From the NCBI GenBank assembly GCA_023515725.1, contig JALDTO010000246.1, positions 405,680 to 469,679 on the forward strand: 64,000 nt of DNA, read 5' to 3'. This document shows, in pieces, positions 27,675 through 40,100 of the stretch. The notes beneath the pieces were generated by a model. That model was not told the DNA's origin and ran no database searches. It saw nothing but the letters and a program-made list of their open reading frames with translations. This DNA comes from Amoeboaphelidium protococcarum X5. Lineage: Eukaryota > Fungi > Aphelidiomycota. A program made the position numbers and the translations under genes. Positions within the stretch are counted from its first letter, which is position 1. Each line of letters opens with the position of its first letter.

Positions 27675-29682
27675 AGTTAAGTAGACACCAAGTACTCCTA
27701 GTAAGAGGCATTCATTTATACTGAAGGCTATCTAGAATTAATAGTAGCAGAATGGCGGTGGTAGTACACAATCTACTCCCATACGATCCATAGCATAGAG
27801 CACGCCAATTTTGCATCGTTCCTAGTAATAACAAGACTTGTAACTGTAATAATAGACTGCTTAATACTCCTTTGGCTTCAGTAATTCTGCAGCATTGAAT
27901 GGTATGAACATTGACGGTGGTGATTAGTCAGCATCTCGGCAGTAGTAGCAGCAACATTCACTGGTGTCCGAGAGTCCCCTCAGTAGCTGGATGTAGTAGG
28001 AGAGGACGTTGAACTCTGAGACTCCTACCCATTCTGGAGTATTAACTTCGCGTCACTCTGTTGGGTCTAGTAGTGGGTAGAATTAATCCTTTTAGTCATT
28101 ATAATTGTCAAGGAATTTGCAGAATAATAATCTATTTCAATTTGAGACACCATCCAGATTATTGAATGGTAATGATGATGGATCGCGTGATTCCCTGCTG
28201 TAATGCCGCACCGAGCCTATTCATAAATCTGAAATGTTTTTACTCAGTAGAAATGGAAATAGTTATAGTAGTCCTTAGTAGTTATCGTAAAATGTTGGCG
28301 AGTATAATAATAATAATTGCTCTTTGCGTGGCAATAAGGAGAACTCTGTTAATTTACTTGATCGTCTGATGCAATGTGGATCTGATTTGAATGATGACTA
28401 TGATGGTATGGAGGGTGATTCTGACAATGAAGGATTTGGCGGCCCACATTCCTCTTCACATTAGAATCTTGGTGGAAATAATAAAGTGTCAAAATTTAGT
28501 CGAAGATTGAGATTGTCTGGTTTCACCACTTCAATGGTAAATATGCCGTCAGAGACGAGATAGATGGAGCTTGATTATGAGGATAAGGATCATAGTGACG
28601 ATGGTGATAATATTTTCGCACACGACTACGTTCTATCTGTGCCCCAATAGTCTAGTTCTGATTAAAGGTAAGACATTAATTATTCGTCGTCATCATGGTG
28701 CAGCCCACATGTTAATCTTTTGGATTCCTAATACTTTAATCTTTCAGCGCGTGAGAACGATGTTACAAGTCGTGTTGATATTATTGACACTGCATAAGAT
28801 TATTTGGAGAGGCAATATGATGTTATTAGGAAGATTGGCTCGGGGTAATATGCTGAAGTTCTCCTTGTTAAATCTCGATCTGATGGTAATTTGTATGCTT
28901 TAAAGCGAGCTTTTAATCTATACAGTGGTGCTAAAGATCGCTTGAATGCCATTAAAGAAGTTGAAATTTTCTAGCGTCTTCGTTAGAATTGCAAATTTAA
29001 TAGTGCTCAACCTGGTAATCCAATTACGGACAATGTCATTCATTTGCATGAAGCATGGGAGTAGGCTGGTATATTGTTCATTGTTGCAGAGTATTGCTCT
29101 CGAGGTACATTGTCAGATTTTATAGCATAAAGTTAGAGTATCAGCGAATTTTGTTTATATTCTGTGGCATTATAAATTTCTCAAGGTCTCTAATACATGC
29201 ACAGCTTGAATATTGTACATTTGGACTTGACTCCGTTCAATATACTATTGACTGCAGATGGAACTTGGAAGATTGCAGATTTTGGTCTATCTCAACTGTG
29301 TCATAATGCCGAATCTTTGACTAATCATATGAGAGATAGAGCTGTGTTGGGTAGAATGCTTGAAGGTGATAGAAGATATATTGCATCTGAAGTTTTGGAT
29401 GGCGATTATAGATTAGTACCGGCGACTGATTTGTTCATGTTTGGATTGATACTGTTACAAATGACAACCATATCTCATAAACATTTACCTGACAATGGCC
29501 CTGAATGGACTAGGCTGAGGAATGAAGATTTCTCATAGGTGGTATGGCGATAAGATATATCATTTGAGTTGTAATAATTTATCACCACGAAGCTTTTAAG
29601 ACGTAATTTTGAAGAGCGAGCATAGGCATTGGAGCTGGTTTAATTTTTTCAAGAGTAGCTGAGTCGTTTAAATAGTCATTGA
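27598..29682 (+). CDS. WEE1: WEE1/MYT1-family kinase with N-terminal polyQ
   Basis: GSGQYAEV, YALKR, AWEQAGILFIVAEYC, HLDLTPFNILL, KIADFG, EGDRRYIASEVL, LPDNGPEWTRLR. Confidence 0.85.
27613..27675 (+). repeat. (TAG)20-TAA microsatellite encoding 21 Gln
   Basis: In frame, starting at codon 6 of the WEE1-like gene. Confidence 0.9.
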
Positions 29683-29774
29683 ATAAATGAATGAATAAAT
29701 ATACGGGTTTAAATGTATACATACATTGCAATGATATCCGATACGAAATTTGAAAGAAACTGCATTTATTCAAT

Positions 29775-31034
29775 TCATTCACCCTCATGCTGAGATGAAT
29801 CTTAATTACTATCATAAGACTAAACTTGCTACTACTACTATTAAAACTACTACTATTGCAGATTCCCAGGTAAATTATCAGCAGAACTCAACAAGGATGA
29901 AGATACGTAATCTGACCGGTCAATGATGGAGTGCTAGTTCAACAACTTACACTCACCGCCATTCTCCAAATCAATTTAATACTACAAATACCATCCATTT
30001 GAAGTGCACACTATAACCTAAGGTAAAGTATTCGATAATGCAGCAATGCATCGAAACTTGGAACCATATCCCACCGATGCACTACCGCCAGATTAAGATT
30101 ACGATGCGGATGATGATTGCTTACTTATGAGAGCAGAAGGCAATTTAATAAAAGCAAAGTCTCGCACAGGCTCAATCATCTCTGATAACATCTCTGGTAG
30201 ATAAGAGCCAACCACAGCGCTTCCAGTACCGAAAGCTCTACTCAGACGGAAGATGTGAATAGTCTGACTGCCAGACACCACGCAGATCATGTTACTCTAG
30301 CTATTAAATGAGATATACTGAATCTTTGCAGACGTTGATCCCCTCCTGAACTAATACAATCTGCGACCATCTGGTACGGAGAATACTCTGATCACTGTGC
30401 CCTTCTCAGAACTTGTGGCCAGTAGAGATCCATCTTGATTCATGGCCAGGTAGGATAGCGTGCTCTTGTGTGCCTAAATAATATTCACAGTCTGCAGAGT
30501 GTTGGCATCGAATATCAACACTTCTCCCGTGAGATTATTCGCCGGATACGCCACGTAACAGTTCTCACTACTGGAGGCCATCGCTATAACTCCCCTCGGA
30601 TTGGGCGATGTATCGATTGTGTGCAATAGTTTCATATTACTAATGTCATATACGTGAACACTATTCTCAAGCACTACCAGCAACCGCCTCCTATTCAACT
30701 TTACAGCAACTACGGTGGTGACAAAGTTCAATTCACAAATCACACTCTACCTCTTGGTGTTGATCAACTACAATCGCCTGGGACTATACTAAGGATGAAT
30801 ACCAGCACCAACCAGAGCTACTAAAGAGGTGGTAAACAGCATCTCAGCAATCCCAATTCCACCATCATTACTCTGAAAACAGCATGTAAAAGGATCATTA
30901 TTGTAAATCTTGTATCCTATAGATGTTCCCACAGCGAAGCATGACTGGTCCTGATTAAAACTCAGATGCAGAATATCATACTTGTCTCTAGTATCAATGC
31001 TAAGTTAGCTACTATTAGATCTATCCAAACTCAT
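29775..31034 (-). CDS. ATG18: PROPPIN ATG18/WIPI
   Basis: [37 protein letters not shown], phosphoinositide-binding [12 protein letters not shown]. Confidence 0.93.
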
Positions 31035-31340
31035 TATTATAATTATTTTATTTAAAATATAAATCCAAGTAATAAAAGGTAGAGATACTGCAGTTGAGCT
31101 TGATTCCACAATATGCTGTGATAAAGAAGCGACTAAACTGACGAAAGAGAAAAGAAAGAGCGTGTGAGCGATCACTTGACATTTAACAAACCCGTGTTCT
31201 GGTAAGAGTTCGTCACAACTTTAGCATGCTGTTTACAGCTTCTTCTGGTACATGTGATATATACTCATAAAGTTCAATGTCAAAACAGAACAGCGTGTGT
31301 GCATAAGACTGGTGAATCGTAAGAATTATCATAGACTTTA

Positions 31341-33827
31341 TCACGACTAGTTTTAATTAAGTACATTTCCCATAGCACTGACACTGCCGAGTCTATTCTT
31401 CAGAGTGACGAATGCAGAAGATTGAGGCAGGAGCATCAAGACGCCATATAGACACTTGTATAAGGCGGAGTACTTGGATGGTTCTAGTAACTGCAGGCGC
31501 ATATAAGCAAAAGATGGTGACTCCAAAAGTTGGACCAACTTGTCTAGCTGGACCAATTCCGAGATTGAGATTCCACTTTCTGCCATTCTGTTAATTAGCT
31601 GAGTGCCATCTTCATACTACTGTGATATGAGACAGAGTGATAGCAATGATACAGAGTCTGATGACCAGCAATCGTACAGAACTTTATACAGTCCAGTCTG
31701 ATGACTTTACGGCACATCCAGCTGACTAGACTATTACAGGTATCTACGCAAGTCGGATAATTCGGAACACGTCATCAGTAGAACATTCAAATGCCTCACC
31801 ATGTTCACAATGAATAATGCATCTTGTTATACATTTCTCGCATTAGTGCCCTGTATTAGAATTTAATTCTTGTACGTGGCAAGCAACTACGCTGCAATAC
31901 TGCCATAAACTTGGCTTGGACTAGATTGCGTGCACAATCTTCTGATAATCAAAGATCCTCTCTTCTCCAATAATTACTTATCAGTAGAAAAGAGCTATAA
32001 TACAGATTTAATAACCAGTTGAAATTCTTCATTCACAGAATCAACTACAAACTGAGATTCACTAGATGCACTTTACAGAGCCTTTAAGTCATCCTTATCA
32101 CCATCAATCATCAGTCCAGCCCGCTAACGACAAATCAAAGAAAGTAAATCTAAATCTTTGACCACCACCCGTTCAGAGACATCAGTCAACAGCTGGATTA
32201 AAGCGGGGAAAGTTGAAGATTTCTCAGCTTCAAATATCATTCTGCCATCGCCAATATTCTTCTGCAAATCCACCAGCCACTCAAGACTCTCTGCTCTGGT
32301 CAGCTCACTCTCACTCAGAAAGAGCAATGTCAGAGAATCAATAATCTAATCCAACTTCAACTACTCTGGCAGAGTTAATGAAGAAATTACCAACTTTTTC
32401 ATTTCATTATTGCACTGAGCTGCAATTTCTCTAATGTCCAAATAACTATGATCAATACATGGTAGAGTGACGGATATCATCTTGGGCATCGCCGGTAATA
32501 CCTGCTTTCCATCCAGTCTAACAAGTGTCTTTATCCACTCAATGGCAATCTACTAAGTCTTTTGATTTATAATGGGCTATTTTCTAACTAGAGACAGTTC
32601 ATCCAGTGACTGAGGACTGATATGAGGCAACAAAATGTCAATCAACTGCAAAAATGACAGATGTACACCATAATGAGACTTTTCTCCCTGCTCAACAAAC
32701 TCTTCATGGTCATTATTCTACGGCAGAGCATTCTATTAAACTACTTGTTATCCGTTATTCTAATTATGCTTTAAAGTCTCGGAGCTGCTTTCAATCTATT
32801 AATGAGAGTAAATGGAACTAATTTCATTCAAGAGTTCAGCAAGTAAATTAACAGCTGTATCAGAAACTTCATCATCCTTATCTTATTAATGTCCAACCAT
32901 CAACAGGAGACCATCCAAAAAGTATATTAAATAAGAAATTAGCTCAAATTACGGCACTGAGTCCAAGGATTAAAGCCATTTCAGTAAAAATAGACGTGCT
33001 TGAGTATTCTAAGAGTATATTCGAGTGCTGAGTAATGGAACAAATCTATCCAGCTTGAAATTGCTCCATCCCGTCAATCTCATCAAAGGATCACTCTGTG
33101 CACCATCACTTTGCACAGACTACTTTCTCTACTATTACTACAATTATTATGATTATTATTAGGCGACATGGTCCACTTTTAAGCGACCACCTTATTTAGT
33201 CTTGACATTACTAACGATATCCAAAACTTGATTCACAACCAGCCATCCTCCATTACGCACAGAGTTCTCCGAGTCACTGACTATTGTTAGCAGAATATCA
33301 AACAGTTCATTAAAATATCCACATACAATATACTAATGAGACTTGATTATGTTATACAGAGTCTCTGTGGCATAATACTTTGTCCGCGAATCAGTATCTG
33401 TAAGAAGATTAAGAACTGGTGGAACAATCTAATGTATCAAATCAGACTCTTAGGGGATACATATTGAGACGGCGGCCATTGCAATAAGTCCACCATTGCG
33501 CATATGAGACGATGTCACATTCTGCATGAACTCACTCTTGATAAAGTTTAGAATTTTAACCACTCTCTAATACTGAGTCTCCTGACCGGAATTCAAAAGA
33601 TCCCTAACAATCTTTTCAACTTCAAGAGCACCCTACTTCCTCTTGTCATAAAACTTGTCTCCAAGCTATCTAAGTATCTACTGTGGAATCAAGTCTTGCT
33701 AGTTGATACTTATAGAAGCACTACTACTATTCAAACTCTTGGCATCAACAGCTCCGCCAGCAGCATTATTGTTAACATTTGCCCCACCACTTCCTCCAGT
33801 ATTCTAGTTACCAGTAGTTTGAGACAT
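31341..33827 (-). CDS. VAC14: VAC14 scaffold of the Fab1/PIKfyve complex
   Basis: LGDKFYDKRKQGALEVEK, NGGLIAMAA, LLEKRGSLIIRRLC, LVQLDKLVQLLESPSFAYMRLQLLEP, LMLLPQSSAF. Confidence 0.92.
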
Positions 33828-34143
33828 TTTATTATATCCTAAAATTAACTTTTAATAAATAACTTTACAATAAAGATTCTAGGTGAACAATAATGGTTCC
33901 TCTTGGAAGAAGAAACAAACTACCGGTAAGACCGTCAAAATGCTCTCTCTCTCTCTTTCTTGCTTTCTGTCTCCCTTCTGTCTCCCTTGATGCTTCCTTG
34001 CATGAAACTCTCTATTACTGTGTCTCTCTCAGAAAATCAATTCAATGCGGAGATCGCTTCTCTTTGCTCGTTCTGCGTTTCGATCAAAGTAAGATCTTCT
34101 CTGATCAAATCTTTTATTATCATTGCAATTTTATAAATTGAAT

Positions 34144-35505
34144 ATGCGACTCTTTGTACGCGTATCATTCTTTGAAGGGTCGCGTATAGAGTTTGAGAAT
34201 TGTCGTGCTTATGAATTAAAAGAAGTCGATAAACTCGTTGTGATAGATTAAGGCCATCAATATTCGTACGCGGTGAACAATGATGATGAGAGTATCGCTG
34301 ATATTGCGAGTAAGTTGTTTAATGGTTCAAGTGATGATTAATCGACTGAACAAGGAGACTTTGTGGTGGCTTACATCGATACTTGGAATGTTTAAAAAGA
34401 TTCATTATAATTGTATTATTATGCTGGAGATGTCAATGCTCGAGTGAGTACTGTTTTTAGAGATGGAGATTACATCAAGTTGATATTTTGTCTTGATCTG
34501 TACCAAGAGTAACATCGGAGATAAATAATACAAGAGTCTTTAATTAATCAAGCTAATGATAATCTAGGCAGTAAATAGTTTGATCAGTAATCCAATGCCT
34601 CTGATAATGGGCAGGATTAATCGCCTGAGGAAGTTCCTATCACACTGTCACGACAAATAGATTCATCTAAACCACCTAGTAGAAAAGTAGCTAAAAAGTG
34701 GCAAACTTTGGCTGCGAATAACGTGCTGACGAATATTGTGATTAAAGATGTTGGAGGATATGCTGATATATCAAAATAGTAATTGAATGTGCCATTTGAT
34801 GGAGACGCGTTTTCTGTGATGGATTTGGTGTTATTAGATCAGGACATTTAGAGCGAGATGAACGAAGATGATCGAACCATAACGCGTTCATACACTTGGA
34901 ATAAGGTTCTAGCTTCTACAGAAGCCGAGTATTATTAGAAAGATTCCGTTCAAGATGATGATCATGTCGATGAAGATTCAAAATTAAAGCATGTAAAGAG
35001 TTTAATTTCTGGGTAAAGCAGTAAAAGAAGAGCTGAGACGGATGATGATGATGGCAGCACTCTTAATGTATCTTCTACTACGTAGAGTACAGATATGCTC
35101 AATGATGTGATAAATGACCACAACATTGATATCGACATGCTTATATCATTAAAAGATTTCAGCAATGTAGAGGTTGGCTTTTTGCTGGCTTTCAAGACTT
35201 TGAAGATGAATCAACACACATGTTGCCCGTATTGGACAGATTGGCGATATGGACGTGTTGTCAAAATAAATTCTTCGACTAGTGTCGATGTAAAGTTGCA
35301 ATGTGTGCGTTAGAGTACCAGTTAATAAGTCCCTAAGCGATAGTCGCGCTAGAGAAAATCTAAGAGTTCTTTGTTACTGGCTGGTAATAATCCCAATGAC
35401 TAATTAGCCTGTTCTGCTGCGGATTAAATACAAAGTCTTGAAGTTAATTAAACGACTACTATCCGGTGTTTATCATCAACGATAAAGAAAGAGGCTTGTG
35501 AATGA
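34144..35505 (+). CDS. Coilin-like protein
   Basis: N-terminal ...STVFRDGDYIKL; C-terminal Tudor-like VGFLLAFKTLKMNQHTCCPYWTDWRYGRVV resembling coilin IAFKLLEL...PxxSDYKEGRI. Confidence 0.65.
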
Positions 35506-35603
35506 ATTCAAGTGCATAATAGAAAGAAATATCATTGATACATTACTTGTAATAAAATTTACATTCTCCGACACTTTGGAAGCGAATGCGCTCACTTCAT
35601 AAC

Positions 35604-36611
35604 TCATTAAGGCAGACGCGAATAGACTAAGCCTTACTAACGCTACTTGCGACGACGATAATAGAACCCACCGCCAATAATAGCGCCGACAATTACCAGG
35701 GCCATGATCACCATACCGGCAATAAGTCCAGCATTGACACCACCACTAGCATCATCGACACTACTACCAGGATTATAGTCGTCCAACTGACGTACATCGT
35801 TGACATGAGCATAACCTTTCAAACCAGTGGATGGTATGGTCTGAGCGTCATAAGCAAAACCGCCGCGATCATTATCAACCAAATCAAACTAGACATCAGC
35901 GTCCTACACAGCCTTCTTCAACTCTTCAAATCTACCATCCACTAAGAAAGCCGGCACCTGAACAATCACTTCTCCCTTATTCTTTTTAGACAAAAAGTTA
36001 CCAAATTGGGCCAAGAATACAGTGTTACTAGGTAGATCCATTCTCTTTTCAACAGCCTAAACAAGATGGTTAATTCCTTTCGCCTCACGCGAGTATTCAA
36101 GAGGCTCGCGATTAATGGAGAAAAGATCCATTTCCATCAGCAGATACACAAAGTTAGAAACTGGGTCACAGAAATCTTTCGCCAAGATGCTATTACATGT
36201 GCCATCTTGGTCGACATTGTCAAAGTAGAATACAGCCTTAGACGCGTGATTTTTGTCAACACTGACCAGAGTTTGTGCGCCGAGCTCGTTAGGATCAAAT
36301 CTGGCCTTTGGAGCCTTGGAAAAGAAGTCCTTCTTTTGACATGGCAATTCAACAGGGTGACTAGTCAGCTTACTCTTTAAATTGGTAATCTTACATTCGT
36401 ACTTGTCCTTAGACTCAGTACATGAGGTCTGATAACTTGTTTTGAAGGAGGTGGAAGACGAAGAGCAAGTTTAAGTACCAGTCTTGTATTCAAGCGAGAA
36501 TTGAGCAGGACACGTCTAGACAACAGCACAAATAGGCTAACTCTCACTTATCGACACTGCTTTGCGATCGCCGACAGCGAAATGCCATTAATGAGGTACA
36601 CCCTTTTCCAT
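35604..36611 (-). CDS. Single-pass membrane protein, Cys-rich ectodomain; 5' end uncertain
   Basis: TM GLIAGMVIMALVIVGAIIGGGFYY, then RRRK and a YSRL sorting-like motif; no signal peptide before in-frame TGA at 36654. Confidence 0.6.
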
Positions 36612-36882
36612 AGTCTTTAATATGTATTTTAGAGCGCGTAGTTTACTATAATGTCAAATGCTTGAAAAGAAGAATAATGAGGGACTCTAAGTCTTAAATA
36701 ACGTTCGAATCACTCAGGGGTCTCAGTTTACGGTAATCAGCACATCCAACAGTTTATACAAAGTATCTTTGATAGATTTTATCAATTAAAATCTGTTGAA
36801 CGTGCGATCATACAACGTAAGACTCAGTGGCACAGCACCATCGCTATTGTGGCTTGAGACGCGTATGGTGGAGTGAGAACTG

Positions 36883-39663
36883 CAGTTCACTCTCACATTT
36901 TAAGCGAATCACAGAAAAGGTCAGGCGCGCCTTCAGCCGCGTCAATTCCAATGTGGGCGTTTCTCACTCCCTGCAAATTACTCTTCAATCAGGAGCATGT
37001 TTAAACTTGCGTTGGCATCCCTATTCAAAATAGAAGGTTGGCCATAATTAGAAGACTCTTTTACTATGACACCTCTCTACATTCAGCCTTGATGTGTACT
37101 GATATAATTGCGCACGACCAAAAACTACCATGTTAGCGTGAGCCGACGTATCATAATGCGTGATATAAATTTAACAAAATTTATTGCGCTTGATCAAAAT
37201 ATAAATAGTTTATTGATCAACCGATGATTAACTTCATTAGATGTTTCATAGACGCATTGGTCACTTCTCATTAAGCGGCAGTCTATATCTTGTGTCAAGA
37301 TTTTAACGTTAACTTGCTTCCTCCTATTTATAGTAACTACTTGAAGTTAGCAGTTAAAATTAGATTTTGCAAAGCTGGACCACATTGTGAGATTCGTCCG
37401 AGCCATTTTCTGCCAAGCAAAAAATTGGGTTTTTGACTATAAAAGCACAATCGGACAGGTTTCACTTCTTTTCTGCAATAAAATCAGAAATGGCAGATCC
37501 CCCTATAGAGGTAGCAAATATCGGTGGTGCCTTACCGCCGCGTAAACGTCAACGAGAAGTACATTGTAAAGCATGTGGTCGTGACGATCACAAGCGCTCA
37601 TCCAGTAAACTGTGTCCCAATTATGTCCCTCGTGCACGAAATGCTGCCAAACCACAAGACAATATGGGAATACCTGTGGCTGAAGCCCAAGTAGCTGTAC
37701 CTATCGGTTTAAATGTATTTTGCAAACTTGACGCGGTAAAGCAAGAGATCAGCGATTTGGTTTCGCGTTGTACTGATCTCAAAGTGCAAGCATGCAGACT
37801 TCTTCTGTCCTTCGTGCTTAATCATTAGGTATACAATCCTGACAGTCCAATGCCAGACATCCGCTTTGGCGCAAATGGATGAATGCGTAACTTCTTCAAC
37901 TCTTTGATTGCTAATCCTAGGCGGCGTGATCTGCGTAATCGTAATACCTGCAACTGGGCGGCTTTAAACGAGTATATTGAAGCGCACTATGTACCTCGTC
38001 GTCGCGTTGACTTGTTTTGGTGTGACATGCGGGGCTACTCAAACATGGCTACTACCTCGGCTTCAGCTCACAATGACGATTGCGCTAGACATATAAGCAC
38101 AAATATGCCTTCAAGGCTGAAACAATGGCTGCGCCACAAGTTTCGAAAGCATCTCTGCTTCTGTTTGGAGGAAGATGATGTTAATACTCTTGCTATTTAC
38201 GTCTTGGCCTTGATAGATGATCCGCCTGAAGATACTGAAGAAATGCCTCCTTATCCTGCAGAAATTATTGATAATTGTGTTAACGGAGAATTGGTGGTAT
38301 ATTACCTGGACTATTACGAGACGCGCGCACGTTAGCACATCCTTTGCAATCTTCCAATGGACAAGCCTAGTCTACAGAACAACTGGCATCTGTATCTGAA
38401 ATCCATGTGGCGTATCCTTCGTACATTTGAAAATAACCATGAAATGTATGAGGAGGAGTATCTGCTGAACAATGAAGGTCCTCTGCTTAACGTTTACGCG
38501 TTGTTGCCTTTAACTGGATTTACGCAGAAGCACATCCTGATCACCTGCACTGAAGGAGATTTGTGTTGCTGCTAATCTGCCAGACGTTCGTCAGATGAAT
38601 GCTCAAGCTTTGTGGTCACATTGTTTCAATTTGAACAAGGTCTCCACTACTGGAAATCAGAGAAGGCGTTTTGGCTACTCCATAACATCCGATGGTGTTA
38701 GCTGTTCTGCTTCCGTTTTACGTCCTGCGTGTCCTGCCCCTCCTGCTAGCCGCTACGGGTTTGCTTTCGATGATACCGGATATCAAGAACTGGATGTGAA
38801 CCATGAAACTCGCGTTATCGGGATTGACGTCAATCGTGGCGTGCTTCTGGCTGCTTCTTGTGGTCCTGATGACCGAATCCCAGATGTTCCGACCGAGCAG
38901 AGGCCGTTTGCAAATGGAAAGCATGAGCTGGTATACACGACTGCCAGATCGCGTGAAGAGAACGGAGAAAATTTAGGTGAAAAGAAGCGGGCTGAATGGA
39001 ATGAAAGAGCTCCAGAGATCGTTAATGCCATGGCCCACATTCCTTCCGCTAAATCAACTTCGTTTCTGGGAATCATCTTACATTTGCAGTACGTACTGCA
39101 ACATAGAGATGCATTCACTGGCTTCTACCGTCCTGAGATGTGGCGAAAGCTGAAGAGAAAGCTATTCTCCAAGCGTCAAAGAGCCTATGACAATTTGGCG
39201 CGTATGTTAACTCTCCGCCAAGATGGTTAGTTTGACCATGACACCATCATAGCATATGGCGCTGGCAACTTTGACACTGCTTCTCCTGGATATCCTGCGA
39301 TTCCTAACAAGCGGCTGTTTTATGAGCTGAAGAAACGCTGCAGAGTCCGCTTGGTCCCTGAGTATCGAACCAGTCAAAGATGTAGTAATTGTGAGTGTGA
39401 GCTTGTTCAATCACGAATATGGAGAATTAAGCATTGTCCAAATAACAATTGCTTAACTATCTGGCACCGTGATGTGAATGCGGCACGAAACATTCGCTAC
39501 ATCTTTCTGGCAAGAAATCGTGGCGGTGGTGAAAGGCCGGTTCCATTTCGATACGATCCTCCTCGCCCTCAATAATGATCAGTCCAGGCTACGCGCGCAA
39601 CAGTCTGATCGGCGGTGAAAATCCGTTGCTGTCCCTAATTCGCTTAATTTGTGAAAAATACAG
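36883..39663 (+). mobile_element. Non-autonomous TIR element carrying Fanzor (Tc1/mariner-like ends)
   Basis: Left CAGTTCACTCTCACATTTTAAGCGAAT (36883-36909) vs reverse complement of right end CTGTATTTTTCACAAATTAAGCGAAT (39638-39663); TA follows the right end, TG precedes the left; no transposase seen inside. Confidence 0.6.
37490..39578 (+). pseudogene. Fanzor1 (TnpB-like RNA-guided RuvC nuclease), disrupted copy
   Basis: N-terminal zinc knuckle CKACGRDDHKRSSSKLCP; FGYSITSDGVSCS; RuvC-I VIGIDVNRG; IIAYGAGNF; RuvC-II VPEYRTSQRCSNC; CPNNNC-WHRDVNAARNI (RuvC-III); in-frame TGA 37880-37882 and frameshift near 38546. Confidence 0.9.
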
Positions 39664-39685
39664 TACTGTTTAATATACAATTATC
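39570..39685 (+). ncRNA. Candidate Fanzor omega-RNA scaffold plus flank-derived guide
   Basis: Located between Fanzor stop and right TIR; stems GATCAG(39577-82)/CTGATC(39605-10) and GGCGG(39611-15)/CCGTT(39623-27); 5' end unknown and may overlap the ORF. Confidence 0.55.
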
Positions 39686-39734
39686 TTCATTAATACATTC
39701 ATTGTTTAATAGTGCCCAACGTTTAACTATCTGA

Positions 39735-39839
39735 GACAGAGTTGTTGACACCCTGATTAGCACTATGAATGCCTGCTGGGATCAAGATTTCTCACAAAGA
39801 CCCACTACGCAGAATGCTTTGGCAATGCTTGAAAAGTGA
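39735..39839 (+). pseudogene. Orphan kinase C-terminal fragment (subdomain XI)
   Basis: DRVVDTLISTMNACWDQDFSQRPTTQNALAMLEK-TGA, similar to IISIMHAAYHQDYMQRPS of the neighbouring receptor kinase; preceded by in-frame TGA. Confidence 0.65.
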
Positions 39840-40100
39840 CGCTAAAGTTTACATGTGTTTAACTCACTTATTTTTGCTGTTTGAATTGAAATTATTTAAT
39901 GCTTGGCCGTTTCCAACGGATTAAATATCGCCGTTGGTGGTAACTTTCGCTTTTTGTGATAATTCATGATCTTTGATTGGAAGATATTTATAAAATCGTC
40001 TAATGATTTTCAATCACCTTTACTCTCGCTAATCTTCTTCAAGTGTAGCATTTTACATTCATCCAAAGCATAGCAATTGCAGTATAGCCATACAGTAGTG

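Noticed and set aside
37271-37280. TTAAGCG as alternative Fanzor left end with TTAA target duplication
   Set aside because: Only 7 bp match to the right end, versus the longer inverted match at 36883-36909.
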